Source: Adineta vaga
Lineage: Eukaryota; Animalia; Rotifera
Direction of reading: 5' to 3'
Length of the DNA stretch: 64,000 nt
Assembly (NCBI GenBank): GCA_021613535.1
Contig: CP075493.1
Location: forward strand, 248,001-312,000
Shown here: one piece after another, positions 54,214 through 64,000 of the stretch
Position numbering within the stretch: position 1 is the first letter of the stretch
Layout: each line of letters opens with the position of its first letter
Notes under the pieces: model-generated
The model's input: the letters and a program-made list of their open reading frames with translations, nothing else
The model's database searches: none
What the model was told of the DNA's origin: nothing
Position numbers and translations under genes: made by a program

Positions 54214-56269
54214 ATAAAAAGTATTCTATATTTTCTGGAAACATTGAATGATATTATTTATTAGTGTTTAGAAGTAGTTCATAGTACTTTTCATAGTAAT
54301 AACTAGTAAAAAGTTTACTTTTTCACTTTTTATTATCTTTGTTAGTCACTTTTAGTATTTTTTTAAACTTTTTACCACAACTTAATAGTACTTATGGCGA
54401 AAAAAGTGAAAAAGTTTAATAAAAGTTACTGAAAAAGATTCACTTTTAAGTACTTCCGCCTGCTAAATTCTACTTTTTAATGTGAAAAATAGTAAACTTC
54501 TTTGCACTTTATTTTTACATGGGTAGCAAAGGTACGAAACCTTCTGAATTTATCAGAAAAGAGGTTTTATAATAATCCATAGCTACGAAATCTTCTCTGC
54601 ATTGATTCTCCATTTCGTGTAGTGATACGCTGTTTTTAATGATCATATTAAAGGCTCCGTATTCAGCGACTTCAGAACATATCATTCAAACGTTTCTTTC
54701 AGAGGCCCCTCACACCATCAGAAAACTGTCAAGAGTGTAGGTGCTACTGGATGTTGGCCATTCCAGCAAATCAAGTGGCATTTGTTCTAAACAGTCAAAG
54801 ATAGAATGTAGTTTATAGCATATTATCATTTACCTAGTTGCCAGCCCGACTCTTGAAAAGTGAACGTCGACCGATATGAATAGACATAAGTGACGGACTA
54901 GTAAAAATTTCAAGAAATGAATAAAAAATGAAAAATGCATGGATATGTATAGGGTCTTATCTGACGGGCTGTTGGAAAGTGGACGTCTGCCGATATGAGT
55001 ACTCGTATTTTTTAGTGGGCTGCTGCCACTCGTCCAGTCAACCAGCAGCAGCTGTCGGTGGTTTCGCAGAAAGGTCACTGAACTCTAACAATACTCACTA
55101 TGACATTGATAGTTTCGTAGAACTTTCACCGAACCACTTACATGTATCCGGACATATTCATATATTTAAATAAATTCTACAAAACCTTGAGCCACTATAT
55201 GATACCATTGATAATTTCGTAAAACTTCTGTCAAGCCTCCAGCCATTGTACAAAATTGATAGTCGTGTCGCAAAAGCTATACTGAACAAGTTAGAAGTAT
55301 ACGGAACTCACCATAGTATAGGATAAATGTTTTCAAACCTTTTGGTCAATGTAAAAACCCAGTAACAGTATAGCAAAAATTCTGGCGCACCTTGCGCGAT
55401 AATAAGAAACTATTGATAGTTTCATATGAATTTTACCAAACCATGAGTGCATAATCGGTACCACTGAGAGTTTTAAATAAATCCCACCAAACCTCAGGCT
55501 ATTGTACGAGACCATTGGTATTTTCGCAGAAGCTACACTAAATCATTTACAAGTATATGAAACTATTCATAGTTTAGCGTAAACTTTGCTAAACCTTGAA
55601 CCACTGTAAGGAATCATCGATAGTTTTTTATAAATTTTACTAAATCATGAATAAGTTTTCGAAACCTTGGGCTGTTTCGCAAGAAATCTACTCAACCCTA
55701 AGACATAATACGAGTCCATTGATGGCTCCGCAGAAGCTATACCGAATTACTTCCAAGTATGCGAAACTAAATAGTGTTCTGTGTGATTAAAGCGAAACCT
55801 TCTCAGGAGTTACTGAATTCTAGATAGTTTTGTGTTAAAAATACGAAACTGCTTCGAAACTGATAGAACCACATTTTGTTGACTATAAAACGCACAAAAC
55901 CAATACTAGCTTCGCGAAGCCAAAGAGTGTTCGGTATTATGTGTGCGAAACCTTGCTTGTTTTTTTTGGCAGCATAGCTCTATTGTATAAAACAACACTA
56001 CAACATAAGTCAACGGATAGTATCGTTATTATACACAAGCTGGAAGAAAGATAGAAAGGACACGTGACGTATGTCTTTTGTCCATAGAGAAAGAAGAAGA
56101 ACGATAAAAGTCATATGTAAGAATAGTGAATGTACATGGAGTGACGCCTGTAAGGTCTTAGTTGTGAGGTGAGAAAAGAAGAAAGGAAAAAGAAAATATA
56201 GTGGTACTATATGGATAGAATGGAGTGGAAAAGAAAACTAAAGCTGGATTATATGTAACATGTTTAAAT

Positions 56270-56600
56270 CAGTAAATACATTGACTCGATATCATATTGC
56301 ATATAAGAACGAGCAAAGAATTTACTGGATATTGTAAGGATCAGCAAACACGTTGACTCGAAATCGTATTGTATATAAGAACGAGTAAAAGATTTGACTG
56401 GTTAACTTGAATCGGTATATTCATCGACTCGACTTAATATTATACGTAAGAACGTGTAAAAGAATTTGCTGGTTGATGTGTTAGTCAGCAGATGCATTGA
56501 CTCGTTATTATATTGTATATCAGAACGAGTAAAAGAATTTGCTGGATACATGAATCAGTTTAAAGATTGACTCGATATTATATTATATATAAGAATACGA
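56270..56600. repeat. About 72-bp degenerate tandem repeats in the LINE 3' UTR
   Basis: TTGACTCG...TATAAGAACGAG units at 56281, 56353, 56424, 56497 and 56567, with another near 57472. Confidence 0.8.
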
Positions 56601-56643
56601 TCAATAAACAAATGGATAGAACGAAAGAACGATACAGCATATA

Positions 56644-57467
56644 CAGTAAAACCTCTCTAATCTGAACACTCACGGGACTTTTGTAACTCGTTCAGATTAA
56701 CAGGGTGATCACATAGGAGGGGTTAAGCAAAACAATCTTTTTTAAACTTTAATTATATAGTTTCTTCTTTTACTATTGATCAACAGATTTTTATTCATTA
56801 AATTTGTAAAGCTCATATCCAAGAAGACATAAAGGTTTAAGTACCAAACTTTTAAGCACGTAGATCAGATCCATATTTGAAATATGTTAAGGTAGATCTT
56901 TATTTTGGTGAATTGGAATCGAGAAAGATATCGATGAGTTTTATTTTTGTTTTGATTTATAAACATTTGACTATTCGAATTTTCTTTTTAAAATATTTCA
57001 AAACAATTCAATTAAAACATAAAATTTTTCACTTAATATTTGACGACAGAACTCCATTTTCTTTCTCTTCCAAACAAAGTTCATGACGATTTGTCATATT
57101 TAATGATTTTATATTAAATCAGAAACATACACCATGTAATTCAATTATGTATAGGCGAGATTTAAATTTTCTTTTTTTCCTCTATCTTTGTTTCTGTCTC
57201 TCTCTCTCTCTAAGAAAATCATATAATTAGTCAATGAAATGTATCGTGTTAATAAGAAGTATAACGACGCCCTCTATAATGTTCATATTACAGAGGATTG
57301 ATTTACATGGTGGGGACTGAAAAAAAGCGTTCACATTCAGAATCGTGAGGGTTTCACTTAGGAGGGGGTCAAAACTAGCAAAAAACGCTCGGGGGGGGGG
57401 ACCTGTGAGTGTTTGGATTAACAGGGTTTTCACATAGGAGGGGTGTTCAGTATCAGAGGTTTTACTG
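56644..57467. mobile_element. pogo/Tigger-like non-autonomous element in the LINE 3' UTR
   Basis: TA|CAGTAAAACCTCT ... AGAGGTTTTACTG|TA. Confidence 0.85.
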
Positions 57468-57567
57468 TAGATTGAATCGACTTCTTATTTTGTATAAGAA
57501 CGAGTTAAACGAAGTGAATGAATAACTTATATGTGATTCGATATATCGATTTTTGTATAGATTCGGC

Positions 57568-58757
57568 CAGGCTTGCCAAATGAAAATTTTAGAAATCAGA
57601 GATTTTTGTAAAAAAATTAGGAGTTTATCAGGAGAAGTTTTCTTAGAAATCAGGAGAAAAACCAGGAGGTTTTCTTTAGATGTTCAAGAACGTTTATATA
57701 ATTTTTACTGTACAAGTTACACTCATCTAAAAACTTGCTTAGGTGTTTCTGGTAGAATCTATGTTCTTCACTGTTACTGAACTTTTTATTCACCCAGTTT
57801 GCAAAAATTTGACCTTATATTCGAGCTTCACGACTCCAACTATTCGTCAGTGAATCCTTACCAAAAATTATTATTTTTTCGTAGAAGCAAAGATGTTTTT
57901 TCCATCAAAAACAATAGGACCTATTCTTTTCAAACTATTGTCCTTTAGTCAAGTATTAGGTTAAATGGTCTCTCTTGTTTTTACTTATCTTCCGATCAAT
58001 CAGTGAAATGCGACCACTAAACAAGTAAATAATTTATTCTTGCAAAAATCCTTTTCTATCAGAATCAGAATAGTATTTAAATTTTGCCTTAGTGTATGCC
58101 TATACCTTTACAGACGTGTCAACTCTTTCACTACAAACTAACTATAAAAGAATTCCATATAACTAAAGGAAACTGAAAGAAATACTCATTTCACAAAATT
58201 TATATCTATATTTATTCTATGAATAATTATTAGCGAATAAATATTAACTTCTCGATTAATATAGAACAAAAAATAAAGCAGAAAGTATGTAATTAAGTAA
58301 TTACTATTAAATTGGTGGGTTTTTTTCAATGAGACTATATTTCTCTGAAGATCGCATTTCTCTGAGTATATTCGATTTAGTAAACACATAAACATAAAAC
58401 TGTAGATGTTAAATGGGTGTTCATATAGTTTAGAATTCTACTCCAGCTAAATCATGTGTCATCTTGTTTCTGATTGCTGCCAAAAAAACATCATGTATCT
58501 AAAAACTGATTTAGAAAAGTATTCGACACAGAAATAGATGATAAGAATCTATTGAATTCTGATTATTTTCTCGTTTTCTCCACCAAATTTTTATAAACGA
58601 GAAGGTGTCTGTAAATTTCGACTAAGGGAAAGCAAAAATTAGGAGAAATCAGGAGAAAATGATGAAAATCAGCTTCTGATTTCAGGAGATTTTCAATCAG
58701 GAGAAAAGGTGAAAAACCAGGAGAATCTTGATCAAATCAGGAGGTTTGGCAGCCCTG
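57568..58757. mobile_element. Non-autonomous hAT element in the LINE 3' UTR
   Basis: CAGGCTTGCCAAA / TTTGGCAGCCCTG; perfect 8-bp TSD GATTCGGC; AATCAGGAG subterminal repeats. Confidence 0.92.
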
Positions 58758-58825
58758 GATTCGGCTGACACAAGAATGGTATTGTTTCTCGATGTTAATA
58801 TTCTATATAGGCGTGGTGATTTCTT

Positions 58826-61489
58826 TTAAATTTTGTCTAAGATGCATTGTAGATGATTCTTCAGTGTAATGTCGTTGTTTGTTGTTGCGGTTTGTAGTGT
58901 ATGTTTAAGTAGTCCTTTTGCATAATCTTTGATTTTTGAAATGTTGCTGATCTTGTGGATATATTTGACAGATGTATATATGGGCAGTCCGAGTGCAGCT
59001 CTAATTGCTTTATTCTGCATGATTTGTAAACGGTCCCATACTTTTTGATCAGCATTAAGGAGAATAGGATGTCCATAAATGATAACTGTGCGCACAATTG
59101 ATTTGAAAATATTTATCATCGTCTTGTTGTTGGGTTCGAATGCTGTTCTCGAACGATATCGAAGAAGACCGATCCTAGGAGCAATCTTGCTTTCGATATG
59201 TTCGAGATGTGTTCGCCATTTTAATCTTTTATCTATAATTACATCCAAGTAACGTGTGGAGTCCAGTGGTTTGATGATGGTGTCTTCAACTTTAACTTTC
59301 ACTGGATTCTTGTAGTGTTTTCTTGGATGTATGCTGAAGTGTATCAGCTCTGTCTTAGTTGGTTGAAGTTTTAATTTCCATGACTTGCACCAACTTTCGA
59401 ATGCATCTATAGATTGTTGTAATCTGGTGTTAAGATTTGTTAAGGTGTTGCCAGATGTCCATAATGCAGTGTCGTCGGCGAACAACCCATGTTCTGTATG
59501 AGTTGGTATTCCATTCATCGAATCTGGCGTATACATAATATAAAGTAATGGTGATAACGGAGATCCTTGTGGTGTACCGCTCTTCAGATAAAACGGACGT
59601 GATAATATATTTTCGATTTCAATTGCAGCCGTTCTATTGCTTAAGAATGAGATCAGATAGTTGATGATGAAACAGGGAAGACGTAGATCATTAAGCTTGT
59701 ATATTAAACCATCGTGCCATACAGAATCGAATGCTGCTTTGATATCGAAAAGAATGGCAGCTGAGTGACGTCGTCGACGTGGTCGTCTGAGTTGTCCTGC
59801 AGCGTATCTTTCTAATCGCACGATGTTGTATATAGTGCTTTTACCTGGTCTAAATCCGGCTTGATGTTTTGGTAAGATGTTACGTCGTTCAAGTTCGAGC
59901 ATTAAACGTTGTTTGATTATTTTCTCCAATAGTTTGCCTAAGCAACTAAGGAGACTAATCGGTCGATAACTAGACGGTTGTTGTTTGTCCTTCTTTGGCT
60001 TTAATAGAAGAATAATATTAGCCTTTTTCCACATTGCATTAAACAGATTTGTTAGATGCTGTACAAGTAATTTTGAATGATTCTTCAAACATCGGTTATG
60101 AATGTTGTCTGGACCAGTGGACCTATTTCTAAGTTGTCTTATATGGTTTTTGACTTCTTCTACTTTAATTAGTTTCCACTTTGGTGTGTTTGATGAGGCT
60201 ATATGTTTGCTTTTGATGTTGTTTGCTTGGCATGTTACTTGATCATGAAATCGCAGTGCATCAGCAGTTTGAGAGTGTACTTCATTTTCGAAGTAATCTG
60301 AAAATAAGTCTGCTTTCTCCTTGTCTGATGTTGCTGTTATATTGTTGTATTTCATGACGTTAGAGTAGGTTTGCTTGATCCTTTTATTGTGGAACTTGCG
60401 TACCGTCAGCCAAACTTTGTCCGAGTACATTTTCTTGTGACATAAGGATGACATTAACTTGTGAAAGTTGCTTCTTCTGTCATTTCGAAGTGAATTGGTA
60501 AGTAAGACTTTGGAATTGTAATAAAGATGTTTATCTAAGTTGTTTTCAGTCTTCTTCCATTTTCGATATGCTTGATGTTTTTGTTTTATCAGGCTTATCG
60601 ATACTTCACTTGGTGTATACGTTCGGATCATCTGCTTTGTTTGTGGAACGGCTTCTTTTGTTGCTTCTAGTATACTAGTGGTAATGAATGATGTATATTC
60701 TTCTATGTCTGCTGTTGAATCTAAATGATGATCATTTTTCCACAGCATCAGTTGTTGATCTAACTTGCATCTAAATTTTGACCATTTTGCTGCTTTGAAA
60801 TTAAATGAAATTCTTGACGAAGCCGGTTTGGGTTCAGCTCCGCAAGGAATATCAAATGTTAATGGTTTATGGCCATTTAATGCACCGATTGTTGGATGAG
60901 TCTCAACGTTTGATATGAATGAAAGAAGTGGTTGACTTGCTAGAATCCAATCTAGTTTAACTTCATAATCATTTTTTTCGAAAGTTGGACTATCATCGTC
61001 GACACAATCAATAAGACCATCTTTAAATAATTCTTGCAGCTGTCTTCCTCTAGCATTAGCTTGTTGTGATCCCATATTATATAATGTTGCATTAAGATCA
61101 CCCATGATAATGCAGTTGTTGTTAATGTTATAAAGTTCGTGGAATAAGTTGATATCGATCTTTGCTTTTGGCGGTACGTAAATGGAGGATATTAGTATTG
61201 ATTTGAATGATTTTGTTCGAATCTCTACTGCTATCGCTTCATTCTTGCAGGTTGTTTCGTTTAGTACTTCTTGACACTTGATATGTTGTTTCACTGCTAA
61301 TAATACTCCACCACCAGCTTGTCCTATTCGATCATTTCTGAAAATGTTATAACCAAGAAGAGTGAATGGTCGTTCGCTCTTCAGATTAGTTTCATTAACA
61401 GAAATAATATCGTATTTGGAGAATCTGGCTAGAAGTTCATCTTTGTGTTTCGTGATTGAGTTAATGTTAATATGGCATAAATTAATCAT
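58826..61489 (-). CDS. LINE ORF2: AP endonuclease plus reverse transcriptase (887 aa from MINLCH)
   Basis: NET, GGGV, GDLNA and LDWI endonuclease motifs; YRPISLLS, QAGFR, GTPQGSPLSP and LFADD RT motifs; no RNase H domain seen. Confidence 0.95.
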   Translation of the reverse strand: MINLCHININSITKHKDELLARFSKYDIISVNETNLKSERPFTLLGYNIFRNDRIGQAGGGVLLAVKQHIKCQEVLNETTCKNEAIAVEIRTKSFKSILISSIYVPPKAKIDINLFHELYNINNNCIIMGDLNATLYNMGSQQANARGRQLQELFKDGLIDCVDDDSPTFEKNDYEVKLDWILASQPLLSFISNVETHPTIGALNGHKPLTFDIPCGAEPKPASSRISFNFKAAKWSKFRCKLDQQLMLWKNDHHLDSTADIEEYTSFITTSILEATKEAVPQTKQMIRTYTPSEVSISLIKQKHQAYRKWKKTENNLDKHLYYNSKVLLTNSLRNDRRSNFHKLMSSLCHKKMYSDKVWLTVRKFHNKRIKQTYSNVMKYNNITATSDKEKADLFSDYFENEVHSQTADALRFHDQVTCQANNIKSKHIASSNTPKWKLIKVEEVKNHIRQLRNRSTGPDNIHNRCLKNHSKLLVQHLTNLFNAMWKKANIILLLKPKKDKQQPSSYRPISLLSCLGKLLEKIIKQRLMLELERRNILPKHQAGFRPGKSTIYNIVRLERYAAGQLRRPRRRRHSAAILFDIKAAFDSVWHDGLIYKLNDLRLPCFIINYLISFLSNRTAAIEIENILSRPFYLKSGTPQGSPLSPLLYIMYTPDSMNGIPTHTEHGLFADDTALWTSGNTLTNLNTRLQQSIDAFESWCKSWKLKLQPTKTELIHFSIHPRKHYKNPVKVKVEDTIIKPLDSTRYLDVIIDKRLKWRTHLEHIESKIAPRIGLLRYRSRTAFEPNNKTMINIFKSIVRTVIIYGHPILLNADQKVWDRLQIMQNKAIRAALGLPIYTSVKYIHKISNISKIKDYAKGLLKHTLQTATTNNDITLKNHLQCILDKI

Positions 61490-62936
61490 CGTTGTTGCTT
61501 GTTTTAAGATCTTTGCTTGCATGTATAGATGTGTCAAGAGAACTGTTGGGAGAGAAGATTCTCTTGGTTGCTTTGGATCCTTCTTTTTGTTTTTCTTCGT
61601 CTTTTGATGTAGTAGAAGTTGAAATTGTAGTAGGTTTATTTGAAGTGACAGTCGATGTTGTGGACGATTTGTCAGCTTCATTCTGTTGTTTAGGTTTAGA
61701 TTTGATAATTTTAACTGCTTGGCTTTCTTCGTTGGAATCAGAGTCTGAATCAGTTAAGATATTTTTTTCTTCATCATAACGATCGAGGAGTCCAATTGAT
61801 TTTTCGATCTTCTTGATCTTCTGATGTAGTGCTTTGAATAATCGATTGGCAGTTGTTTTGATGATTTTTTCCATCTTGCTAGTGAGAGCGTTAAGAATAT
61901 CATCGAATAGACTGTCTGTTAATTGTTGCTTTTGTGGTTGGTCAAATTGTGATAAATGTGGATAATCACTTGTGCTGTATATAGATGGTGCATTTGCTAC
62001 TTGTTTGCTTGTTGTTGAATATTGGTTAATCATATTCAGCATTTTCTTTTCATGCTCTCTATAATGTGAACAGTCGTTGGAAGTAGCAATATGATTACCT
62101 TTACAGTTGTATCACTTGACTGCATCATCTTTAACATTACATATGTCCATGCTGTGATTTTCACCGCATCGAATACATACTTGTTGTTTGGTTTTGCAGT
62201 ACTTGGCTACATAATTGTATTTTAAGCAAACATAACATTGCACCGGTTTTGAATTTTTTGTTGCTGGTTCAGCTGTGAAGTGCATGCAATCCACTTGTAA
62301 ACCAGTTTGCACAAACGTGTTTCGATTTGTTGCATCACTAAATGATATTTTTACTGTACGTGTTGCAGTCTTACCATCTTTGCTTGTTAATCGTATAACT
62401 TCTGTTACTTCAAGACCAATGTTCTTTAGTGCTTTAGTTATTCGATCGTTTGGTATTTCCAAATCGACTCTTTTTACGAAGGCGATCTTTTCTGTGTCCT
62501 TGATTCTTTGTATAGATCTTGGAACGTATACCTTAGCTGATGGTTGACTGTTTGACGATAATATTGATGAAAAGTCGTTTAATATGTTGTTGGACGATTT
62601 AACATCACTTGCATATAATGTAAATATTCCATTTCGTCCAAGTTGGATGTCATGGATATTGACTTCAGCAAGATGTTTCTTCAAAATATCATTTAGCTGC
62701 AACTTGTTTAAGTTAACACCCTCTAGAATAAGAGGGGCGATGCTAAATGTTGGTTGGCTTGATTTTAAAGCATATGGTGCTGCTTTGCCAACTTGTGTTG
62801 TTTGTTGTGGGCTTTGTATGCTTTGTGAGCTTTGTGGCCCTTGTTTTCGTTGTGTGGTGGTTGCTCTTTGTTGGTTGTCCACGTTGTGATAGCGTCTTTA
62901 TTGGCCACTGCCACCCCTGCCTCTCTTAACAGGCAT
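61482..62936 (-). pseudogene. LINE ORF1 (gag-like, three zinc knuckles) with two in-frame stops
   Basis: ATG at 62936, TAA at codon 13, and a TGA at 62112-62114 in place of the first Cys of knuckle 3. Knuckles CYVC..., CIRCGENH...C and *YNCKGNH...C. Overlaps the ORF2 start by 8 nt. Confidence 0.85.
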
Positions 62937-64000
62937 TAAAATCAGCACCAGTTGCTGATAATTTGGTGTAGATTGTTTTTGTTTTCTTGTTTTGGTTGAT
63001 GAGGTACAGCGGATCTCGATGAAAAACCAGTTTTTTTAAGTCCTAAGACTTTTGTAGCTGGTGAAAAGAGAAAAAATTAGATAGACGAGAGAGAAAATAT
63101 ATATGTGTATAACTTGGACGTATGCGACTGATCGCGACCAAGTCAACTAGACGAATGTTGCTTGTTCTTACTGAACTGTTAATCCTTCTATATAAGTTGT
63201 ACGTTACCTTTATGAATTTATACGAAACTATGAACTGTTCTTTGTACATAAACCGAACTTTCACAGGCATAATTCGGTGATAAAAAGTTTCGCATGAATT
63301 GTTTGAATCTTTTGAAACGTGAATGATCTGTCATTGGTTGAGTAGGTGATATACAGAACCGTCATGAGTTTATTAGTGAACATGCGGAACTTTTGGTGAA
63401 TTTTTGAAACTTTTAAAGATTCATGTTTGCTATACGAAACTAAGGGTCGATCAGTATGGAATATTCTGAATTTTCATTTGACATACGAAACCCTGCAGGA
63501 TTTTGCATTAAACGCACTAAGCTTTTAAGGTTTTGTGAACTCATTATTGATTTCGGACAACCCACGCAAAACCATGATCGGTTTAGTTTAAAATATTCTG
63601 AACTTTTTCAAAACTGACGAACCATCGATGGTTCGGTGTAAAATATCCTGAACCAGCAGCTGGCCTACGAAAGTAGGGAAAGGTTGGTGGAAAATAGACG
63701 AAACCTATCGTCAGACTGCGAAACCACTGATGGTTTTGTGGAAATGTTACACAACTATCAATAGTTTCGCGAACCGCGTAGAAAACATTCAGATCGTTTT
63801 GCTTGTCAACTGCCAAACCTTCTCGATCTTACTGAACTTAAAATAGTTCGGGAGACCAAGCACGAAACGTTTTTCATTTTTCTGAACTTAACATCGTTCG
63901 GGAGAAGCATAGAAAACCATATTAGTTCGGTAAAACAACATTTTTTTTACAGTGTATGAATATTTCCTTATATGAGTATAGCCACTCACTATACTTTCTC

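Larger units (their letters stand above)
55962..63157 (-). mobile_element. Full-length non-LTR retrotransposon, jockey/I-group-like
   Basis: TSD TTGCTTGTT at 55953-55961 and 63158-63166; 5' end CATTCG; short A tail; ORF1 plus ORF2. Confidence 0.9.
54524..63954 (+). mobile_element. CACTG-terminated element, copy B, split by the LINE
   Basis: Homologous to copy A on both sides of the LINE; right end TTTTTTTTACAGTG|TA; left end missing. Confidence 0.7.

Noticed and set aside
61490-61681. N-terminal extension of the 951-aa ORF2 in the track
   Set aside because: It overlaps ORF1 in another frame; the endonuclease domain begins at the ATG at 61489.

Overview
AT-rich eukaryotic DNA with short GT-AG introns, dominated by nested transposons. 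The mix of element types, degenerate TGTGGG/TGAGGG tracts and microbial-type enzyme genes suggests a bdelloid rotifer, possibly a subtelomeric region (inference). Large mobile elements: a spliced hAT transposase at the left edge; a 13.2-kb Sola3-like element (GAG termini, TTAA target-site duplication [TSD]) carrying a nested Sola2-like fragment and a decayed hAT; and a full-length APE-RT LINE with a 9-bp TSD, inserted in a CACTG-terminated element and itself hit by two DNA transposons. There are also many hAT-, P-, CACTG- and Tc1/mariner-type non-autonomous elements, including a dense run of long fold-back palindromes at 44.7-52.6 kb. Only four non-TE genes were recognised, all small-molecule enzymes or ligand-binding folds: a disrupted short-chain dehydrogenase, an intronless phenolic acid decarboxylase homologue whose two substrate-binding tyrosines appear replaced, a 3-exon IPNS-like 2OG-Fe(II) oxygenase and an intronless SRPBCC-fold protein. 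All calls were made by eye; boundaries of diverged repeats are approximate.
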